Shown one piece after another: positions 15,200 through 30,724 of a DNA stretch of 64,000 nt. The stretch lies in the NCBI RefSeq assembly GCF_009914755.1, contig NC_060927.1; one strand, written 5' to 3'. This DNA is from the human T2T-CHM13v2.0 reference genome, Homo sapiens. The translations under genes were made by a program, and so were the position numbers. The notes under the pieces were generated by a model. That model was not told the DNA's origin. It made no database searches and saw only the letters and a program-made list of their open reading frames with translations. The first letter of the stretch is position 1. Each line of letters starts with the position of its first letter.

Positions 15200-17174
15200 T
15201 TTCCCTGGTGACTAATGAGCCAACACAGCTGTAAAACACAGTGGACTAAGAATGAAACAGATGCCACAGAAATCAGGGGAAGCATAATTAAAAGTTGAGA
15301 GAGGAGAAAAGGCCAGCAGCCGGTAGAACCCATGCCCCTGGGGAGCCATTAGCAGGTCAGGCCAGGCCAGGCAGGCCCAGCAGTCCTGTCACAGAAACCT
15401 CCTGAAGCAGGTGGCCAGCCCCAGATTGCAGCTTCTTGGACTTCTGTATCATTCAGGAGGAGCCTTGTTTAGGGATTGAGTTGGCCCCGTAGAAGATAAT
15501 CAGTAAGAGATCAATTAATCAGACTCCTGCTTAGCTCAAGTGTTGAATAGTTCATATGGATGATCTCTCATAATCCTTCTGAGTGAATTTGCACAAACCT
15601 TTTCTGGTTAGATAACAACTGTTCTGAGAATGAAGGGAATGGAGCAGCTACAAGCACAGTAATTAACTAGGTCCCACAGCATGGATGAAGAGAGCCCCCT
15701 GAGAATTTGCTTGACTCCAGCTCTCTAAGGTGCCACACTGCCTTAGGGTGGACAGTGTGTTGGTTGGTTTCATGACAAAAGCCAGGAAGGTCAGCTTTCA
15801 TTCCCCTGCCCAGGCCCACATGCACTTTGGTCATTCTTGGCAACTGTGGGGATTGGAAAGTGGGGTTCTAAGTTCATTTTGGCTCTGTCCATCAGAGACC
15901 ATCTTTCACATGAGTGCCCACTGCCATGTCTTACGGTTGTTTCAGAAAGCCAAGAGAATTGCTGCCCCACTATAGCTGCTATTGAAGGAAACTAAGCCAG
16001 GAAGGATTGAATAACTCAGAGGCATCTTTAGGTGCCACTTCATGATTAAAAGGAGCCCCCTCTTTTAGGGACCTCAGTCTCAGAGATCCACACACCTGTA
16101 GCAGATTCTCTGCCTTCTCTCTTTTACCATTTCTCGCATGTGTACATGATGAGGTTGTGTGTTTGGGAAGCAAACTTGATGTGGAGCTTCTTGCTGAGGC
16201 TAAATTATAAATCTCCTCTTGGTTCCTGACACCTGATTTATCAACTCGCCTTTGTCATGGCTTCTCATCGTGAGCTGGAAGAAGACTGCCTTGGGCCTTC
16301 ACTAGGTGGATGGACCAACCCCATCCATCCCTTGGTTCATTTGTAAATTGTACTAACAGTCTGTTCTGAAATTAGGCCCTCGGCTCCCTTGCTCCCCCTT
16401 CCCTGAGACAGTCTTAACACATCGATCCTCTCAAAGCATTTGAAAACAGATGAACCTCAATATTTGGAGAAATACATAGGAAAATTTTCTTTGTGTGTTT
16501 GTTTAAACCAGAAGACCTAGTGATCATCCTTGGCTATTTCAGGCAGCCAAGCCTCCCCTCTTACAGAAAAGCTAGTGTGCTGAGGGATAAAATGCCTCCC
16601 TGTTTATTTGGTAACATGGAACCACAAATCATCCCACCCACTTTTCTTACCTTTGAAACATCCTCTGTGCCAGAGCGTGCAATAAAATGAAAGAGGCGTC
16701 CCTGGGGGAAGAGTGGGGTTTGGCACGAGGAACTTCTGAGTCCACCCAAATGCAGAGTGTCCCTCCCTCCCTGTTAGGAGCCTCTTATATATGGTTATGC
16801 TGAACACATACGTGCTCTTTTATTTCTGAAGCCAACATTGGTCTTTGATGTTGCCTAGGATCAGCCGGTGCTGGAACAGCTTCTAAATATAGACACTCTA
16901 GCAGACTAAATCTTAGAGTCTGGCCGTAGTTCAGTTGGCCAGTGCAACTTTATTTTTTATGTATTGTTGCCGTTTCTGACAGGTTGAACTATACTATTAA
17001 CAGAGAATGGCCAGCCCAGAATCCTTCAGCCCATGTCTGGATTCAGCAGCCATGGGCCACAAGCACGTGACAACTGATAACCAAATTCATGGAACTTATT
17101 TAGCAGACAGTCATCAAACCTGGTAAGAGCAGCTCAGGAAGGCAGCAGGCATGGCTGTGGAAGAATCTGAAAGA

Positions 17175-17521
<347 letters not shown>

Positions 17522-18575
17522 TCAGGAGGAGTAAGTCACAAGACCAAAGGGAGAAAGTTCACCATGAATTCCAGCATCCTTGTGTTGGCCATTCTTAATC
17601 TTGTGCCAGGAATGAAGCAGTTATAAAGAGGAACAGGAAGTATCGTTTCCAATCTATTAATTTAAAAGCAGTTGAAAATATCAGCCAGCTTCATCTGTTA
17701 GTGCCAGCGGTGTTGGAAATACCCACTTCTAGTGTTGTTAGTGCCAGGGTAATTAGAAATGTTAGTCAGGGCAGCCACAGCCCCCACAGTCTACAGAATT
17801 ACACTGGCAGGAAAACACTGTAGCCTGAATTAATTGGGATGTGTGTGAGTTACATGTATAGAATGAGCCATGAGTTGTGTTCCTTAATGGGAAACCAGCC
17901 CATTTAGAGGATTCATCTTCCCAAGTACTGAGGAAAGCTTTATGAGGATACTAAGTTAGTAAAGAAGAAAAATTAACTTGAAAAAGTTCTTTTGTTGTTG
18001 TTTTCAGTCTTTCAACTACACACTTTTACAAATCAACACAACAAATATATTTTTAAACATACTCTAAATATTAGTTGCATTTTATGATCTTAATCAAATA
18101 CTTTTTATATACTTAGCTGCCAGTTTTCAAGTAGGTAGACCATCTGTAAATTTGTTTCTTCACTGGAACTCTTGTATGTTTGTAAACAGATACCCAGAGA
18201 GAGAGGTGGAAAGCTGGTTACATGAGGAAGTCCTTTGAAATGTTCTTTTCTTTGTTGACTCCTGTGGTTTTAGGCTATGTCATACCTAAACTGTCCCCTA
18301 GAGACCATTGCGTGTCTGGATTTAAAAATCTCCCAAGAGTTCTCTAAGTTTGGGATAGCATTATTAAAAGTCTTATTTCAATCTAAAATGTGATTCTGTA
18401 AGATGAAGTAACTGCATAGCTGTTGATTGGCAATTTTGGTTGATCTTTATCGTCTAGGAGTCTGGTTCTATTTTTAGCTTATACAAAAATAACTTTTAAA
18501 ATTATTCAGAGAGGTCCTTACTTTGGTGGATGGCTTTGAAAGAAAAAGCATGTACTAAGTGCATGTAGAAAATAG

Positions 18576-18989
<414 letters not shown>

Positions 18990-19118
18990 TAGCATGCACA
19001 TTACATTCCCCCACCTTCTAGCTGTTTACAGTGTAGGAGGAATTTATAAAAGTTTGCAGAAATTCAGAGGGGTAAAACTTCATGCTATAAACGTATATAG
19101 ACTTCAAAATAGATGAGT

Positions 19119-19612
19119 GTAATATTGCATAACAAATTACCCCAAAACTTAGAGGCTTCAAACAATCACTTTCTTATGCTTGTGGACTCTGGGTTAGGGA
19201 TTTGGACAGGGCACTGGGGAGTGGCATCTCTGTGCTCTATCATATCTAGAGTTTCAGCGAGGAGGGCTCATTGGCTGGGGACTGGAATAATCTTCTGGCA
19301 GTGTTTTCACTCACAAGTCTAGCATCAGTGCTCACTTTGGACTGGACCTATCTGGGGCTCTTCACATGGCCTGGGGTTCCCACACAGCGTGGCAGCTTCA
19401 GGGTAGTGAGAATCGAAAATCAGGTGTCCCAGCAAAAGTTAGAAGCTGTAACACCTTTCCACACCCAGCCTTGGCTTCATTTCCACTCCAGCCTTTTGGT
19501 TACAAGAGAGTCACGAGACCACCCGCATTCAAGGGAAAGGGACATAGACTTAGACTTTGTTTCTCAATGGATAGGGAATCACAGAATTTTTAGACATGTT
19601 TAAAGTAACCAC
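19119..19612 (-). mobile_element. MLT1F-like MaLR LTR
   Basis: ttgcataacaaattaccccaaaacttagaggcttcaaacaa..cattcaagggaaagggacatagact..agacatgtttaaagtaaccac. Confidence 0.75.
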
Positions 19613-20103
19613 TTGTGGTATAAGCCTTCTCTTGTCTCCTTTTGGTCCTGAGAAACCATTAACAAATATTTTTTTCTTTATCTTTGTATAGCACATACAG
19701 TTTTTTAGGTACTATAACCTAAGACTGTTAGATATAAGGTCATATACTTTAAAAGTACAACGTAACTCTTTTTCCCATCCCTGATTCTTTTCTGAGTATT
19801 CTGGAGACAGGGAGAGTGGGGGCAAATGTGTACCCAGAAATACAGTGACAGGATGGACCTCATACCTCATAGCCAGTGCTACTCAGCCAGCCAGTGAGAC
19901 ATGCCTCAGTGGCTCTCAAATACCAATCTTCTCAGCTAGCAGATGGAAGAGATCACTCTGCCTGCTCCCTTAGTGATAAGGGCAGGGAACCCAAACAGAC
20001 TGTTTATCTCCAGTTAATGTCTCTGCCTCAGTTGTACTTGAAAAGCAGGATCGTGTATTCTGTTCCCTCAGGTGACTCATGATAGTGCAGCAAAGTGTTT
20101 TAG

Positions 20104-20133
20104 TTTTTGTTTGTTTGTTTGTTTGTTTGTTTG
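20104..20133. repeat. (TTTG)n microsatellite
   Basis: tttttgtttgtttgtttgtttgtttgtttg. Confidence 0.9.
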
Positions 20134-20322
20134 CAGGGAATATAAATGTATTTAAAATCTTTAACAGACAGTTTTTGTTTTTTAACTACAAATTTGAAAG
20201 AAATTGAAAAATATTCAAGTAGGTAGTAAGGGGGTAAAAGAAAAAATAAAGATGTTCCTTAAAATATTCAAAATATTTTATATTTATAATTTATCTCCAA
20301 ATTTCATTTTGGAGAATGGCAG

Positions 20323-20622
20323 AGCTGGACATGGTAGCTCACACCTATGATCCCAGCACTTTGGGAAGCCTAGTTCAGGTGGAAGGATAGCTTGAGGCCA
20401 GGGGTTCGAGATCAGCCCATCTCTACCAAAAAGAAAAAAATTGAAAATTTAGCCAGGTGTGGTGGTGCATGCCTATAATCTTAGCTACTCAGGAGGCTGA
20501 GAAGGAGGATCCCTTGAGTCCAGCAGTTTGAGGCTACAGTGAGCTATGGTCTGTTTGTACCACTGCTCTCTAGCCTGAACAACAGAGTGAGACACCTTGT
20601 CTCTCACACACACACACAAAAA
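20323..20622 (+). mobile_element. AluJ whose tail has become a short (CA)n
   Basis: J-type ggatagcttgaggccagggg and tttgaggctacagtgagctatg; tail ctctcacacacacacacaaaaa. Confidence 0.9.
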
Positions 20623-22880
20623 GTAGAATATTTGGAAACAGTATTTCTCCCTTGTGGGGGGAAAAAGAAAAAGTCTTTGTCCTGGAGATTATAATCACAT
20701 CTTGGAGATGTTTTCAGGGGTTGATCATTCTCTGCTATGTAGCCACATAGTGCTTTTTATATACTCTCCAAGCTCCCTTCTCTTGCCCCTTTTTTTCTGT
20801 GTTTGGGGCCTTTCATAGTCTGGCAAAAAGTTGGAGGTTATTGCCATTCTTCAGAATTTAGCAGGACCCTGTAGGAACAAGAACAATATCTAGACTCCCA
20901 TTATTAATTAGGACTTGAAACCAAAAATGCATGACCCTTCTAAAAAGTGAGTGAGGATGAGGATGAAGCAAAGGGGAGGCAGGTGCTCATAGAGTATGTA
21001 GTATTCTAAGCGTTACTAGGCTGGGACTTCCCCCCAAAGGTGATGACTTCCTTTAGTATGTGAATCTTGAAATGAAAGAGGCACTTACCCAGGTTCAGAT
21101 AAATGAGGTGTCCAGCTTAGGGCAGGTGAACTCTGTGGTAAGAGTTATGATGACATCAGGGGACAGGTTTGCGCAAGGCACACTGGACGGAACATAGAGT
21201 AAGATGATCCAGTGGTGTCTAGAATGTGGATAATACCCAATGTATTTTTGTTTGATGATTGGAAAGGAGAAAGAGGCAAAGCCCTTTCTCCCTTCCCAGG
21301 CTTGGGAAGGGCTGATCTGATGCATGCTGTGAATATGAGTCGACTTACTGGCGAGCCAAGTCCTTTCCTGGAGAGCAGTTTTGACCAGAAGTGGTAGACA
21401 AAACACCCTCGTCCCTGGTTGGAAAACATTACCCCAGGGTGATGAATTGGTGCTCTCAGGCTAGGTCTGGGTGTGGAATGAAGATAGATAAGCAACAACT
21501 GTGAATTAGGTTGAGTGCGAAGAGGAACACTCAGCTTGGGAAAGGAAACAACCCACGTTTGCAATGCGTCATCCTGCGCCAGATTGAGCACCTCAAGGTT
21601 TGTCTGCACACAGTTGGTTTGTACTCCAAGATTTCTTCACATTGTAGTAAAGATTAACCTTGCCCTTGAATGAACTTGGTCTGAGCTGCAGAAACAAGCA
21701 TTTGGGCATGCCCAAGGTTGCAAAATGGAAACAAGCCAGTGCACCCTGAAAATCTGCCCTTTTTTTGGCTCACAGACACTGGCAGTAGAAAGTTAGGCCA
21801 GAACTGGCTGGGGTTATATTGGTTCATGTCCAGTGAGGTCAGTAGCCCAGTGGCTAGGTCTGTTCCAGAATGATCAATGGTGTTCACTCTGACCAGTTTC
21901 TCTAATTCAGGTGAAGTATCTTTTCCATACCCCGCTGAGAACAGGGACTCCAGTGTCACCTTAGAGGTTCTGATCCTGACTGCTCATGTGCTGCGAACCT
22001 GACCCACCAACGCGCAGAGAAGCGGAGTGCAGCTAGGAGTCTCTTCCCTCAGCCCTGCGGACCAGCTGACTCCCAGGCCCTGGCAGCCCCTTTGAAAGCT
22101 CTTACTCTCCTCTGTGTGACACACCACAAGTGGCCTAGCAGCCGTAGCTGGCCAGGATTAGGCCTAAGTCATGGCTGTCCCTGCTGCCTGTGTGTGACCA
22201 GATCATTGATGACAACAGGTCTGAAAAGTGTCAGGATGTTACCCATTTCTACTGCAGCCATATTTTAGTAGGGAACTTTGAACAAGGCTGAATTTAAATT
22301 ATTAACAACTAAGTTTCCGAAGTCAAGTCAGCGTATCTCAGTAATCCTGTGTAGTCTAAATTAGATTTTTTAAAGGCGGGAACGTGCCATAGATTATAAT
22401 CTCTCAAAATCTCTGGGAGCCACACAGCATATAAAATATGAAAGTTGTCATTTACCATCTCTAAAACTTCACTGACAGGAATGATTTGGATATATTTAAC
22501 TTCTGATAAACAATGATAAACATTCACTTTATCACTCCTGTCAGTTCGTATGAATCTTTCAGTCCTCTAAAGCATTAGCTCTTTTCTTTTTTAACTCCAT
22601 TTCTGTCAACAAGAACAGGAAAATGTTTTGTTTATAAATGCTATTTGCAACCTGGGACCCATCTTGTTTTATGAACAGATTCTCCAAATCTTCTATGCCT
22701 TTGAACACGGACTTACTCTACTCTAATGCTTAAGCTCCAGAGCCGTCGGAGAGCCTGGCGCAGTAGACAGACCAGCACGCTGGCATCGGATCACTGGAGC
22801 CAGTGGCCTTCTCCAGTTCACTTGTTAACTTCTCAGCTGCAGATCACTTTTTGTACTGCAGTGACTTTTGTGAACATTAA

Positions 22881-23288
<408 letters not shown>

Positions 23289-23596
23289 TAACCTACTTTC
23301 CCTTGTTTTTGTTTTATTCTCAATGACTTCTAAAAATTCATCAATAAGCCTTAATTCTTTTAACTGTCAAATATTTGTATTCTTACCTCTACAGACTCTA
23401 CAGACAATGCTTCCAAAACTGAATTCCAGGGTTTTAACAACTCTGGATCTTTCTAGGTGTCCCTAAGTTTATGCACATAGTAGTACATCCTGGAAGTTGT
23501 TATGATAGAAAATTCGGCATGCTTTGTCTATATGGGTTGTAGTTTATATAGCAGTTGTTCCTGATTTTAACAATTGGTCCTGACTCCAAGATTTAT

Positions 23597-23662
23597 GTTT
23601 TGTTTGTTTGTTTTTGAGATGGAGTCTTGTTCTGTCGCCCAGGCTGGAGTGCACTGGCGCCA
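23597..23662 (-). mobile_element. Severely 5'-truncated Alu (last ~47 nt plus tail)
   Basis: (tttg)n tgagatggagtcttgttctgtcgcccaggctggagtgcactggcgc, then unrelated sequence. Confidence 0.85.
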
Positions 23663-24472
23663 TTTTTACTTCTTTCACAAGTAGAATTTTTTTAAATGTT
23701 AGCAATATAGGAAGATGTCTTGAAGGTCACACAGTTCCCCTTCTCCTAATTCTTTAGTGAGCGTGAGTGCTCTGGCTCTCTTAAAAGTCATTTCTCCCCT
23801 TCTAACCCTCCCCAGTCTTTTTCTCGTTTGAGCCACAAACAGTCTGGTTTCTACTGTATTAAAGCAAATTAACCTAGTAAGAAACACTGACTTTTTTTTT
23901 ACTGGCTACAGTTCTAAGCACAAGAAAAGGGGAAAGGAGACCAAATAAAGAAATAGGAAAAATGAGGCATTAAAGGGGAGCCAACACGGGGTTTGGAAGG
24001 GATGAGAGCTTCCGCCATGGCAGGATGGGCCTTTCTTGCACTGCTTACTCTGAGTTCAGAAATAGAGGAGGAAAGAAGGTAGATCATGCCACAGCCTGAA
24101 ATGGATACGACACATACCAGGGCTCCCATAGAGTGTGATCGGATGCTGGGTGTAATTATTCAAGTGTATGCATTTGAATAAATCATCTTCCTCAACCTCA
24201 ACACTCAAGGTTGAAGTAAGCATAGTGTGTGACATGCCAGCCACATAGTGAGTTCACTCAAGGAGCAACTGAGAAATGTCAGGCTTTACTTGCTGCACAC
24301 CCCCAACTCGGCCACCAAGTTGCATCTGAATGCACCTTGAACCCTTGATAAAATGAACTTTCAATCTTAAAGACTGTTAGAACTCTCACTCCCTTCCATT
24401 GGGAAAGGTGCTTCCTGGCTCTAGGAGGTGGGTGGGGAAGGGGTTCCTTTGAGGAGGATGAATGTGGTGTGA

Positions 24473-24784
24473 TTTTTTTGGGGGGCGGGGCGGGGCAGGA
24501 GGACGGAATCTCACTCTGTCGCCCACACTGGAGTGCAGTGGCGCGATCTCGGCTCACTGCGAGCTCCGTCTCCCAGGTTCACGCCATTCTCCCTCCTCAG
24601 CCCCCTGAGTAGCTGGGACTACCAGCACCCGCCACCAAGCCTGGCTAATTTTGTTTTTGTATTTTTAGTACAGATGTGGTTTCACTGTGTTAGCCAGGAT
24701 GGTCTGGATCTCCTGACCTCGTGATCTGCCCGCCTCAACCTCCCAAAGTGCTGGGATTACAGGCGTGAGCCACCGCACCCGGCC
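24473..24784 (-). mobile_element. AluY, antisense, with a G-rich run in place of most of the T tail
   Basis: Body gacggaatctcactctgtcgccc..gtgttagccaggatggtc..ccaccgcacccggcc; degenerate TSD a(a/g)tgtggt. Confidence 0.92.
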
Positions 24785-26032
24785 AGTGTGGTTGTTTTTA
24801 ATGTGCTCACCGTAGCAACAGTCAGGCTAGTGGTGTGTTCATTTTATTTTTAATTAAAACCACCTGGAATGTGTTTTAGTGGTATTTGGAGACCTGCTGA
24901 AAGGAAGGAGATGCTTAAATTTGTTTACGTAAAAAATGTGCTTGCTTTGTTTTTTGTGAAATAAATTGAGAACTTCAGACACATTGCTCAAGGCCCTGGG
25001 CCTGTCCAGTTAGAATGCTAAGATCCACTCAATGTTAGCTTATGGTTTTCTTTTGCATGAACATGGATAAGATAGTAAGATAATGTGGATATGGGTAGGA
25101 AATATTCTAACAAACTACTGATAAGAGTATTACATGCCTGTGAGTGTGGCATAGGGCGGTTAGACTTTTTCCTTACTTGTTGAACCTAATACGAGACCCC
25201 ACTAGAGTGTTTTATTTTTACTTTAACGAATTTGAAGTATCACATAAGGCTAGGAAGGCATTCAAAATACATTTCTAGCCTGACAAGAAACTTAGAGTGA
25301 CTGTAATATACATAGATTAATTCAACCAATGTTCCAAGTGCTTATCATTCACTTCCACCCTGCAAGCATTGATTGAGCTCCCAGTTTGTCCAAAGCACTG
25401 TTATGAGCAAAGCAGACGTGGACAAAATGATTCAAAGGTTTGTGACCAGTAGCAGCAATCAGTGAAGAAACACCATCACTAGAATGTACTTGTGAAGGTA
25501 TTGGAGGCCACTGCATGGCAAGAAAGATACAGCTGGAGAGGGCCTTGTATGGCACACTCAGCTGCAGAGACGGGTCTGTAGGTGCTCAGGAGTTACTGGG
25601 AAAGGCTGTGTATTTTCAGAGCCAGTGACCCCTCTGTGGATGCAGTAGACTCTTGGTTGATCAGGCTGGGCAGTTTGGGCCAATCTAAGTAAGGAGGAGG
25701 ATCTTAGAAATTGTGATCGTTAACTGGAGCATCGTCTTGTGCCTGAAAGGACCTTTTTTTATTTTATTAACCAAAAAAACCACAGGTACAGTAAATTACC
25801 TGTCTCAATTACAGAATTTTCTGTAGTGCCTTTATGTTAGAGATGAGATTTCATTGTAGAATGCTTTATTTGCAACATGGACACTTCCCTGTAAGTTTCT
25901 ATTGTTTTTGTTCATTCAAACTAGGAAATTAAGCAGTTATTCAAGATGTTCAAGATGCTCCTTCATTTATTTAGGGTTATCTGTTGTTTTTTTTTTTTTA
26001 AGTATATGCATTGTTTCATTGTTTACTTTTAG

Positions 26033-26157
26033 GGAAAAAGAAATAGTGGTTTCAGACAGTGCTTCTTCGGGAGCCAGAAGCACTGCAAGTTGACAAAGCT
26101 TTGTCCGGCAATGGGGTACACATTCAGGCTGGCCGCTCGAAACGACATTGGCACCAG
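26033..26157 (+). CDS. FNDC3B: FNDC3B coding exon (probable exon 12), 125 nt: GKRNSGFRQCFFGSQKHCKLTKLCPAMGYTFRLAARNDIGT(S)
   Basis: Acceptor tacttttag|GGA, donor CAG|gtatga; phase 0 to 2; FN3 LxPxxxYxFRxxAxN motif. Confidence 0.96.
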
Positions 26158-27146
26158 GTATGACGTTTCCTTGTCCTCTTGCCCTTCAGCCTTTGGATGG
26201 TGATCCTGAGCCTTCTTTTACATGGCTGGAAGGCATGAGGAAGCCTGCTGCCTCCACACTAAATCAACTGGAGGTTTTCCAAGAGGGAATCCTAATCAGA
26301 GGAGAGAAGGCCTCCTTTAAGCTGGTGAATGTCACTATGGCCTCTGCAGTCTTGCAAGCTGTATTGCGAAGGCCCCACTAGGGGTCTCTAAGAACCAAGG
26401 TGAAGGTAGCAGTACAGATCTTGAAAGGAATTCCTCTTGGAGCTTTAATTTTTTAGATCACATGCCTTTTTCTTTTATCACTTTAGCAAGCTCTTCATTC
26501 ACTTGCCTTTTTTCAATTATGTGAGTGTTTCCTGGTACAAAGAAAGAGATGCTGGGCCAGCCATTGTTGTCAAGCCCAGGGCAGATACGGAATTGGAGAA
26601 AACCTGGACTGTCTTAGAGGCCTCTGCAGGCCTCTAGGCTGTATGAGAAAGGCGAGAACGGGTGTACTGTAAGGTATCAATTGATTAAAGAGGCTTTGAA
26701 AAGGCCATGTTTCAGTTGCACTTGGGGGGTAACTCTTCATTAAGGGAAAAATCTTTTTCTTTCATCACTGCTTGTTGAAATCTTCTTAAAGGTTTTGCAC
26801 ATCGGTGGTCCCCAACCCTCTTTCCAACCTAAAGAACCTCTTTTTAACATCACAAAGTTTTACAGACCTGCCTCCACCACCATGGTAGCCATTACAGCTT
26901 CAGAGTTCACTGGTTGAAAAAATACCGACACAAAGCCCTTTATGGCTCAAGAATTTTTAAATGAATTGGAAGCATCCACAAACTTTTGAAAAACAGCACT
27001 GTATATATTGTAAAACATTATTTCATCAACAAATATTTGTTGCTCACATTGATTTGAAGGCTCCTTGACCCGTAACTTGATAAACATTGCCTTGTGCTAT
27101 ACCTTCTTTCCAGTGCTTTTGAGGGGGGAAAATGAATTCTTAAGTA

Positions 27147-27393
27147 CAATTGTCCTTTGGTTTCCACAGGGGATTGGTTTCAGGACTTCCCCCACCTCCC
27201 TGCCATGAATACCAAAATCTATGGATGCCCCAGTCACTGATATAAAATGGCATAGTCTTTGCATATAACCTACACACATCCTTCTCTCCTTAAATCTTCT
27301 CTAACTTGCTTATAATATCCAATATAATGCCCACACGTCACTTCATTCACGTGGACTCAAGATGCAGAACCCAAGGATACAGAAGGCCAACTG
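27147..27393 (+). mobile_element. MER2/MER2B TcMar-Tigger MITE
   Basis: TA on both sides (27145-46, 27394-95); degenerate TIRs caattgtcctttggtttcc / ggatacagaaggccaactg; internal gatataaaatggcatagt..gcatataacctacacacatcc. Confidence 0.85.
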
Positions 27394-27621
27394 TATATTG
27401 TCCTGTGACTTGGTGTGTGTGTCTAGTAGAAGATCATGGGGTGGGGGGATGGGGAAGCTGAAGGTGGTTATAGGGAATATCACACACAGCATCCTTACCT
27501 GGCTTTGCTTACTCTACCTGCTAGGCTGAGTTGGGTAGTGTGCAGGCTGAGCCTTCCTCTTTTAAAATGCCAAGCCTCTTCACATGCTTCTAACTGTGTG
27601 CCTCACTTTCTTTCTCTACAG

Positions 27622-27796
27622 TGGTTATAGCCAAGAGGTGGTGTGCTACACATTAGGAAATATCCCTCAGATGCCTTCTGCACCAAGGCTGGTTCGAGCT
27701 GGCATCACATGGGTCACGTTGCAGTGGAGTAAGCCAGAAGGCTGTTCACCCGAGGAAGTGATCACCTACACCTTGGAAATTCAGGAGGATGAAAAT
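27622..27796 (+). CDS. FNDC3B: FNDC3B coding exon (probable exon 13), 175 nt: GYSQEVVCYTLGNIPQMPSAPRLVRAGITWVTLQWSKPEGCSPEEVITYTLEIQEDEN
   Basis: Acceptor ctctacag|T, donor AAT|gtgagt; phase 2 to 0; inside ORF 27584..27853. Confidence 0.96.
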
Positions 27797-28369
27797 GTGA
27801 GTTTTACAGATTTTATACTTCTCTGTGTTTTGTACGAGTCAGTATTATTATAGCTACAGGGCACCATGAAATTAGATTAACTGCATCAGTTCAAAGCCAA
27901 ACTCTTAATTTCTGCCTCTGTCACCACCACTACCAACACCGGCCTGTTCTTTCCCATCTCTGTAAATGACATTTCCATCCTTTCAGCTGGGGAAGCAAAA
28001 ACTCTTGGAGTCATCCTTGATCCTATATATAATCAGAAAATCCTTTTGAATCTTCCTTAGAAATTATTTAGAAATTAACCATTTTTATCTCCACAGCTAC
28101 TATCCTTTTATGAGCCACTCATCTCACCTGTGGATTATTGCAATAACATAATATTGTTATTGGATTATAGCCTCTTAATATTCCTAACTTCATCCTTACT
28201 AGGCTTCAGTCTGTTCTCCATACAGAGCCTGGGTGGAGAACATCATCTTGTAAAATACAAATAGATCATGTCAGCACCCTGCTCAGAATCCTTCCTGTCT
28301 CAGTGCCTTCCCCTCTTTTTCAGAGTAAAATCCCTAGAGCTCTTACAATGCCCACAAGGTCCTGTGTGA

Positions 28370-28740
<371 letters not shown>

Positions 28741-28916
28741 AGCCTCTAGTCAGTTCTTTAAACACACCGTGTGTGCTGTGGCCTCAAAGCCTTTTCAGTT
28801 CTGCCTTCTGGCCAGAATGCCCTTCCAGATGTCTTTGACTCCCTTCCCTCATTTTCTTCAAGTCTGTTCTCATATGTCATTTCTTTGGGCAGTCCTTCCC
28901 TGATCACACTGTAGAA

Positions 28917-29423
<507 letters not shown>

Positions 29424-30169
29424 CTGTAGAAAGCCCTCACCAGTTCCACCACTGTATCCTCCTACCTAGCTTTAGTTTTTGTCATAGCACTTAACACCAT
29501 GTGACATACATAGCAGCTTTTCTGTATTGTCTTCTCCCACTGGAATGTGAGCTTCTTGTGGGCAAGGCCTTTTCTGTTCTTGGGCAGTGCTGAATCCTTA
29601 GAGCCTAGAGGACAGCCCAACACAGAGAAGGTACTAAGTAGTATTTTGATGAGTGAATGATAGAATGATAGAGATAGAACTATTGAATGAGTTCCCTGAG
29701 TTCAACTTTTAGTGGAATGTTTGCCCTCCTAAAGGATTGTGCCCTTTCCCATCTAAGCTGTCCTTTCTCCCATGGCCAGAAGAGGGCACTGTGTGGTCAG
29801 GAAGCTCAGCCACACTTTACTGCATAGCACATTGCAGTTTGATAGTAAAGACCTCGGTGCAAAGGGCTTTTTTCATGACAACATTAAAAATGTTAAATGT
29901 ATTTTCAAAAGTTGCTTAACTCCTTTGTCACAATAAATTTGACCAGACCCAGGAGAAATTACAGTGTGATGGAGATAAATTTTTATTTAAAGCTCAAGTG
30001 CTATCCACAATACTCTGGGCTTCTGATTTTTCTCTTTTGCGGTAGCTGCCAGACCTCTGGCCAGTTGCTGGTGATGGTAGGGAAAGGCAGTATAAAAATC
30101 CTGTATTCAAAGGTATTTAATGCCCAGAATTTTTTATACTGATGTTTCTTCCTGGCTTTGCCTTTTCAG

Positions 30170-30256
30170 GATAACCTTTTCCACCCAAAATACACTGGAG
30201 AGGATTTAACCTGTACTGTGAAAAATCTCAAAAGAAGCACACAGTATAAATTCAGG
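30170..30256 (+). CDS. FNDC3B: FNDC3B coding exon (probable exon 14), 87 nt: DNLFHPKYTGEDLTCTVKNLKRSTQYKFR
   Basis: Acceptor ccttttcag|GAT, donor AGG|gtgagt; phase 0-0. Confidence 0.95.
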
Positions 30257-30393
30257 GTGAGTCAGTCATTTTGCTACCTGAACTGCTTAAAAATGAAACT
30301 GTTTTCTATTTCACCATTTACCATGTCAGATTGACTCTACAGGTTAAAAAATGAAGTTCACAGCACTTTACATTTTGAAAGTAACATTTATAA

Positions 30394-30724
<331 letters not shown>

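Noticed and set aside
15011-15211. ORF with an internally repeated peptide (WECDYWS..QLAQKEVHIW)
   Set aside because: By-product of the 108-bp duplication, with a TTG start; two copies without spacers is not an array.
21145-21609. Longest ORF in the track (154 aa, minus strand)
   Set aside because: Non-ATG start and no recognisable homology; one ORF of this size in six frames of 64 kb is not surprising.
26800-27090. Possible old hAT/Charlie element (cggtggtccccaacc start); similar faint signal at 16915-17080
   Set aside because: No matching second terminal repeat or TSD could be identified by eye; needs a Dfam search.
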